This document shows positions 59,540 to 64,000 of a DNA stretch of 64,000 nucleotides, piece after piece; position 1 is the first letter of the stretch; every line of letters starts with the position of its first letter. Where the stretch lies: assembly GCA_049523135.1 (NCBI GenBank), contig JBEKNE010000001.1:455009-519008 (forward strand). The letters are read 5' to 3'. The translations under genes and the position numbers were made by a program. The stretch comes from Candidatus Microgenomates bacterium. GTDB lineage: Bacteria; Patescibacteriota; Microgenomatia; UBA8517. The notes below the pieces were generated by a model. That model saw only the letters and a program-made list of their open reading frames with translations, did no database searches and was not told where the DNA came from.

Positions 59540-60030
59540 AACAAATACTTCTTCCGATTTTGGCCGTAGTCGCATTTATCATAATAGTCGGAGTTTTTAC
59601 CCAAAAGTCGGGATTTTTGAACCTGAAAAGTCTTTCCGTCACTCAGCCGACACCCACACCGATGAAAACCCTAACAATAGGATCTAAGACCATTACTGTT
59701 CAAGTTGCCGATACCGAGGCAAAGCGTCAGCAGGGGCTTTCAGGGATAAGCTCCCTCGATGCCAGTTCCGGTATGCTTTTTATCTTCGATACCAAAGGCG
59801 TCGTTACAACTTTCTGGATGAAGGGAATGCTAATCCCACTCGATATGATTTGGATTGCAAACGGCAAAATTATACGGATTGATAAAAATATCCCGGTTCC
59901 CTCTCCAAACACGCCCGATAACAATTTGAAAAGATATTCCGCAGGGAAGCCCATCGATTATGTTCTGGAAGTTAATGCCGGCTTTTCCGATAAAAACAAT
60001 ATTAAAGTAGGCGACAGCGTCGGTATTTAA
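59533..60030 (+). CDS. DUF192 domain protein
   Basis: VADT..KR..GL, GMLFIF, FWMK...PLDMIW, YVLEVNAG. Confidence 0.9.
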   Translation: MVKQILLPILAVVAFIIIVGVFTQKSGFLNLKSLSVTQPTPTPMKTLTIGSKTITVQVADTEAKRQQGLSGISSLDASSGMLFIFDTKGVVTTFWMKGMLIPLDMIWIANGKIIRIDKNIPVPSPNTPDNNLKRYSAGKPIDYVLEVNAGFSDKNNIKVGDSVGI

Positions 60031-61268
60031 CTTAGGGTAAACTCTTCCAGTTCTTTAATTCCTCCGAATGCAATTCTATCCTGTACCATTTTGGCTCCGC
60101 CGAAGCTTCTGGCGCTCCCGATCGTAAATCCTCCCCATTTTTCATTAACCCTATCCAGAGACCGGACAAGATTCTCTTTCCGCAGGGTATCTTCAAACAT
60201 ATCAAGCTGAAGTGAATTTTCTGCCGTCAAACCAAAACAGGAAACGGCAATATTAAGAACAGGATTTTGAGGATTGGCTTCGGTTAGAAGCCTGAATGCC
60301 GCTTTATAAAAATCCCTTGAATCAAAACACAAGCGCGGCAGAAGTCTACCTTTGTGCCACCACGAGCCGTTTTTATAAACAAGCATAAGTGAAATGCCAC
60401 CTGCCTGGTATCCTGCGCCTCTCAATCTGCTACACATCTTCTCCGTGAGTCTGGCGAGGATTGGGGACAATCCCTCAATTTTGGACAGGTTTGCCCCTAC
60501 AGCTACGGAATTGCCGTAACTATGCCTGCCAAACTCAATTCCGTCAACTTCATAACCTCTAAGGCGTTCGTGCCAGTAGAGGCTATTAATCGAATGGAAA
60601 GCGGCTTTCAATTTCCAAATAGGAGCATTATAAAAATCCTGTACAGAATAAATTCCTACGCTTCCCAGCCTTGCGGCATTTCTTTCTTTTATACCGGTCA
60701 GGTCCGTCAGTTCCATGTGTGAATAAATATCCAAAAAGTTGTTTCTATTAATTTCGGTTAATCCATCCGGTTTATAAAGTCCGGCTGCAACTTTGGCCAA
60801 ATATCTATTGGGTGCAACACCAATTGAAACCGTCAACCAGTCTCCGATTTCTGTTTTTATCCTACTTTTAATTTCTTTAGCCACCTCAATCATGTTTTCC
60901 GATTTTAGTTTTGGGTAATTTTCCATATTTAGAGTAAATTCATCAATACTTTTGGGGACAAAATCATTTGTATAATCCGAGATTAATTTCCGGAGCCCAA
61001 GATGCACATTTCTGTATTTGGAAGGGTCAGGAGGAAGCACCACAAGTTTAGGGTAAATCTTTTTTCCGTCTATTACCCTCATTCCGGTTTTTATTCCCAG
61101 TCTTTTGGCTTCGACAGAAGCCGCCAGAATACAACCTTTATCGGTTACAAAAGCCGCAACCGCTACAGGCTTGCCTCTCAAGAAAGGATTTGCCTGCTGT
61201 TCAATAGAAGCAAAACAGGAATTGATATCGATATGCATTTTATAAGAAGGAGCAGTATTAAATTCCAT
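60027..61268 (-). CDS. dinB: Y-family DNA polymerase (Pol IV-like)
   Basis: HIDINSCFAS, S.EAK..G, SIDE, SIGVA.N..LAK.A....KPDG. Confidence 0.9.
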   Translation of the reverse strand: MEFNTAPSYKMHIDINSCFASIEQQANPFLRGKPVAVAAFVTDKGCILAASVEAKRLGIKTGMRVIDGKKIYPKLVVLPPDPSKYRNVHLGLRKLISDYTNDFVPKSIDEFTLNMENYPKLKSENMIEVAKEIKSRIKTEIGDWLTVSIGVAPNRYLAKVAAGLYKPDGLTEINRNNFLDIYSHMELTDLTGIKERNAARLGSVGIYSVQDFYNAPIWKLKAAFHSINSLYWHERLRGYEVDGIEFGRHSYGNSVAVGANLSKIEGLSPILARLTEKMCSRLRGAGYQAGGISLMLVYKNGSWWHKGRLLPRLCFDSRDFYKAAFRLLTEANPQNPVLNIAVSCFGLTAENSLQLDMFEDTLRKENLVRSLDRVNEKWGGFTIGSARSFGGAKMVQDRIAFGGIKELEEFTLS

Positions 61269-61488
61269 TTTCTATTTCTTCAAGCTTCCAACCCAAAGTA
61301 TCCGTATTTAATTTAAGTTTGAGGAAAAGTGTGTCAGTCACAACCGAAAAAACATGATAAAGAGTTGAACCTTCACGAAAGTGATGATGCAAACCAATTC
61401 CCGTAATTGTGTAGTTTCTGCCTTTCCAGATAACATATTTCGGATTCCCATTAACCGATCCAACCGTGACAGGTTCGCCAATGATCAT
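61258..61488 (-). CDS. small protein coupled to dinB
   Basis: P....W.GR.Y.I........G...H.FSV...W; overlaps the dinB start. Confidence 0.7.
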   Translation of the reverse strand: MIIGEPVTVGSVNGNPKYVIWKGRNYTITGIGLHHHFREGSTLYHVFSVVTDTLFLKLKLNTDTLGWKLEEIENGI

Positions 61489-61502
61489 AATTAGTTTTAA
61501 CC

Positions 61503-61517
61503 CGAATAAAATACGAA
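61503..61517. promoter_or_regulatory. putative LexA box
   Basis: CGAA-taaaata-CGAA, 14 nt upstream of the dinB operon start. Confidence 0.6.
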
Positions 61518-61622
61518 GTCAATACATCTTTCTATTACAAATAGCATTCGACTCTGAGTGAAACGAGGTTATCAAGTACTATTATTATCATCTCCTTTGC
61601 CCCAATGTGTTAAAGTTAGTTA

Positions 61623-62621
61623 ATGAAGAAAATTTTGATTTATTTTCTAATTCCGGTTGTTTTTATCCTAATCGGCTGGTTTGCCAATACCGCTTATCAT
61701 TTGCCTAAAAATTCCAATCCGATCTCGCAAATCAAACCCACTCCACTTCTTAAATACACTATTGAAAATCTTTCCCAAAAAACTTTTACGCCATCAGAAA
61801 TAACAATCGTAAAAACGCTTAAAACTTATCCCAAATTCACTTCTTACGAATTTTCCATGAAGTTTTCACCTGATTTTTCGGACAGTTTTAAAACCACATC
61901 CGGAGTTGTTAATATTCCGGTTGGTTCAGGACCTTTTCCCGTAATTGTTATGTACCGCGGGTTTGTCGATCAGACGCAGTATTCAATCGGAGAGGGAACC
62001 CAGCCTGCCGCAACCGTTTTTGCCCAAAATGGTTTCATAACCGTTGCACCCGACTTTTTGGGTTACGGCGATAGCGATAAGGAATCGTCTGATGTTTTTG
62101 AATCACGCTTTCAGACTTATGTCACGGCCGCAACAGTTCTTAAATCGGTCAATTCAATAAAGGGGTGGGACAGAAAAAATATTTTCATTTGGGCACATTC
62201 AAATGGAGGGCAAATTGCCCTGACAACACTCGAAATCACGGGGGTAAACTATCCTACGGCTCTCTGGGCACCCGTAAGCATGCCTTTTCCGGGATCAATT
62301 CTTTATTATGCCTATGAGGCTGATGATCAGGGCAAATACCTTGTAAGTCAGCTTGCCGGTTTTGAAGACACTTATGACACAAATTTGTTTTCTCTAACAA
62401 ATTATTTGGATAAAATCAAAGCTCCAATTCAACTTAATCAAGGCACAGCAGATTCCGAAGTTCCATACTGGATTAGCGATACGCTCAATCAAAATTTAAA
62501 AACAGCAACAGTTTCGGCAGCTTATATTAAATATCCGAGTAACGATCACAATATGAGGCCAAACTGGAATGATGCCATCGAAAACAACCTCTCCTTTTAC
62601 AATTCGCACGTTACGAAGTAA
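61623..62621 (+). CDS. alpha/beta hydrolase (S9-like)
   Basis: PDFLGYG.S, AHSNGG, G.AD..V, DH. Confidence 0.85.
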   Translation: MKKILIYFLIPVVFILIGWFANTAYHLPKNSNPISQIKPTPLLKYTIENLSQKTFTPSEITIVKTLKTYPKFTSYEFSMKFSPDFSDSFKTTSGVVNIPVGSGPFPVIVMYRGFVDQTQYSIGEGTQPAATVFAQNGFITVAPDFLGYGDSDKESSDVFESRFQTYVTAATVLKSVNSIKGWDRKNIFIWAHSNGGQIALTTLEITGVNYPTALWAPVSMPFPGSILYYAYEADDQGKYLVSQLAGFEDTYDTNLFSLTNYLDKIKAPIQLNQGTADSEVPYWISDTLNQNLKTATVSAAYIKYPSNDHNMRPNWNDAIENNLSFYNSHVTK

Positions 62622-62641
62622 AATCCTCTTAAGCTAATTTT

Positions 62642-63109
62642 TTGCATAAGGAAAGACATAATGCTTTCAGTAATGCACGCATGAACGCCGTCTTTGACTC
62701 TATACGGCAAGGGAATTCCAGTCCTGATGAATTAATCAAAGCCGCGAGAGAAGCAGAGCTAGACAAAATTGTCGAGATTCGCATGAAATCGGAAAAAAGA
62801 TTTAAATACTACGCAAAGCGGCTAAAAGCCATTAAATCTTTCAGAGAAGCTGATCCTTTAGATGATGTTTACGAGGGAATAGACTTCTGGGTAAGTTTAG
62901 ACGAAAAATTTAACCTGCCGGAATTACCCGTACAAATAAAAAGCTCCTTCAAGGATGTTACTGCTTTCAAACAAGGCGTACCGTTTGAACGGCCTAAAGG
63001 AATAGAAATTGTTACAAATACCGGGCCTTCAACAAAATTTAAGGGCTTTAATCGCCAAATATTTGAAGAAATATCAAGAATTAAAGAAATACTGGAAAAT
63101 CGTAATTAA
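62642..63109 (+). CDS. hypothetical protein (possible PD-(D/E)XK fold)
   Basis: D...GIDFWV...PVQIKS; start uncertain. Confidence 0.55.
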   Translation: MHKERHNAFSNARMNAVFDSIRQGNSSPDELIKAAREAELDKIVEIRMKSEKRFKYYAKRLKAIKSFREADPLDDVYEGIDFWVSLDEKFNLPELPVQIKSSFKDVTAFKQGVPFERPKGIEIVTNTGPSTKFKGFNRQIFEEISRIKEILENRN

Positions 63110-63179
63110 AGATAGTAACTCTTTCAAAATCCGCTAAAACTAGCTTTTTATTCCTATCTTTTGAAACTTTAGACAAATA

Positions 63180-63440
63180 TTACTGTCTTGGTTCCATCGG
63201 GCGAGCTATGTTGACGTTCAATTTGCGGCCTTTAAGGTCATATTGATTGAACATTTCGGTAGCTTTTTTAGCCTCTTCGTCACTGGACATGGTCACAAAA
63301 CCAAATCCACGGGACCTTCCGGTCATTTTGTCGCTTATAACGGCGGCGTCAACGACTGTTCCGGCACCTGCGAAAAGAGCTTTAAGGTCATCGGCTGTTA
63401 CTTCCCACGCCAAATTTCCTACAAAAAGTTTAGATTGCAT
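63180..63440 (-). CDS. RRM RNA-binding protein
   Basis: KLFVGNL (RNP2), RGFGFVTM (RNP1). Confidence 0.95.
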   Translation of the reverse strand: MQSKLFVGNLAWEVTADDLKALFAGAGTVVDAAVISDKMTGRSRGFGFVTMSSDEEAKKATEMFNQYDLKGRKLNVNIARPMEPRQ

Positions 63441-63558
63441 TTTAGATTAAATTTTCACCTCCCTGCTATTTCGAAGTCGGTCAAAGGCGAAGCTCAATCA
63501 CTTGAAGCTTTACTCTCCCTTGAAAACTCTGTGTATAGTATATAATAATAAACTGTAA

Positions 63559-63759
63559 ATGGCAAATATTGACAGCAAAGCTGATAAAACTATCAAGGTA
63601 ACAGAACCACCCAAAATCCCAACGTTAAATATCGGCGGCGGGAGGACGTCCACATTCTCTTTAGGGAAATCCTTTGCACCTAAAGGTGTCCCCAAAAGCA
63701 GATTTAACCAGGCCACATTCCATACTCAACATAAGGGTGGCACAGCCGGGGGAAAGTAG
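63559..63759 (+). CDS. small basic hypothetical protein
   Basis: 66-aa ATG ORF ending FHTQHKGG.., upstream of tig. Confidence 0.5.
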   Translation: MANIDSKADKTIKVTEPPKIPTLNIGGGRTSTFSLGKSFAPKGVPKSRFNQATFHTQHKGGTAGGK

Positions 63760-63773
63760 TATATAATAGCCAC

Positions 63774-64000
63774 ATGCCTGATAAAATCACTTCCGTTATT
63801 GCCCGAGAGTCCGACGGTAATATCCAAATAACTTTTACAATTCCCTTTTCCATGGTTAAGACAGCTGAAGAGGAAACTATAAAAGAATTTGCCAAAGATG
63901 CCGAAATCCCGGGATTCAGAAAAGGAATGGCTCCCCTCAGCAAAGTTGCAGAGAAAATTTCCCAAAGTCAGCTTGTTGAACACTCACTTACTCATATCTT
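63774..64000 (+). CDS. tig: trigger factor (3' truncated by window edge)
   Basis: IPGFRKGMAP signature. Confidence 0.85.
   Translation, partial: MPDKITSVIARESDGNIQITFTIPFSMVKTAEEETIKEFAKDAEIPGFRKGMAPLSKVAEKISQSQLVEHSLTHI

Noticed and set aside
1-64000. CRISPR array, cas genes, rRNA, reverse transcriptase or IS transposase
   Set aside because: I saw no repeat-spacer periodicity or diagnostic motifs.

Overview
This low-GC window has a compact gene layout and gene content typical of a Patescibacteria (CPR, Microgenomates-like) chromosome. The taxonomy is inferred from sequence style only. The backbone carries dnaE, rplS, ruvC, holA, a glycolysis cluster (PMM/PGM, PGI/PMI, ppsA, eno, gpmI), lexA, uvrB with a 538-aa LAGLIDADG+HTH intein, uvrA, uvrC, secG, pyrG, a DRG-type GTPase, dinB, tig and 13 tRNA genes. 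There are four main points of interest. (1) A ~10.7 kb satellite-like element (36577-47244) sits at the 3' end of tRNA-Leu(UAA). Its att core lies inside the serine integrase gene, so integration would swap the enzyme's C-terminus. It carries a TerS-like gene with a cos/pac-like site, Rep and DnaB-like genes, and cargo including a degenerate FtsK plus Mrr nuclease and an Rx4H (HEPN-like) protein next to a switch-like RNA. (2) A ~600 nt structured non-coding locus upstream of ruvC follows a predicted promoter and contains a tRNA-like domain with an extended anticodon arm. (3) Two unrelated homing-endonuclease-like genes (LAGLIDADG-like and HNH) both end on the conserved U8-A9-G10 of the downstream tRNA. 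(4) Some tRNAs are atypical: Leu(AAG) with C33, and Gly(GCC) lacking GG and TTC. All family calls come from motif recognition by eye; no searches were run.
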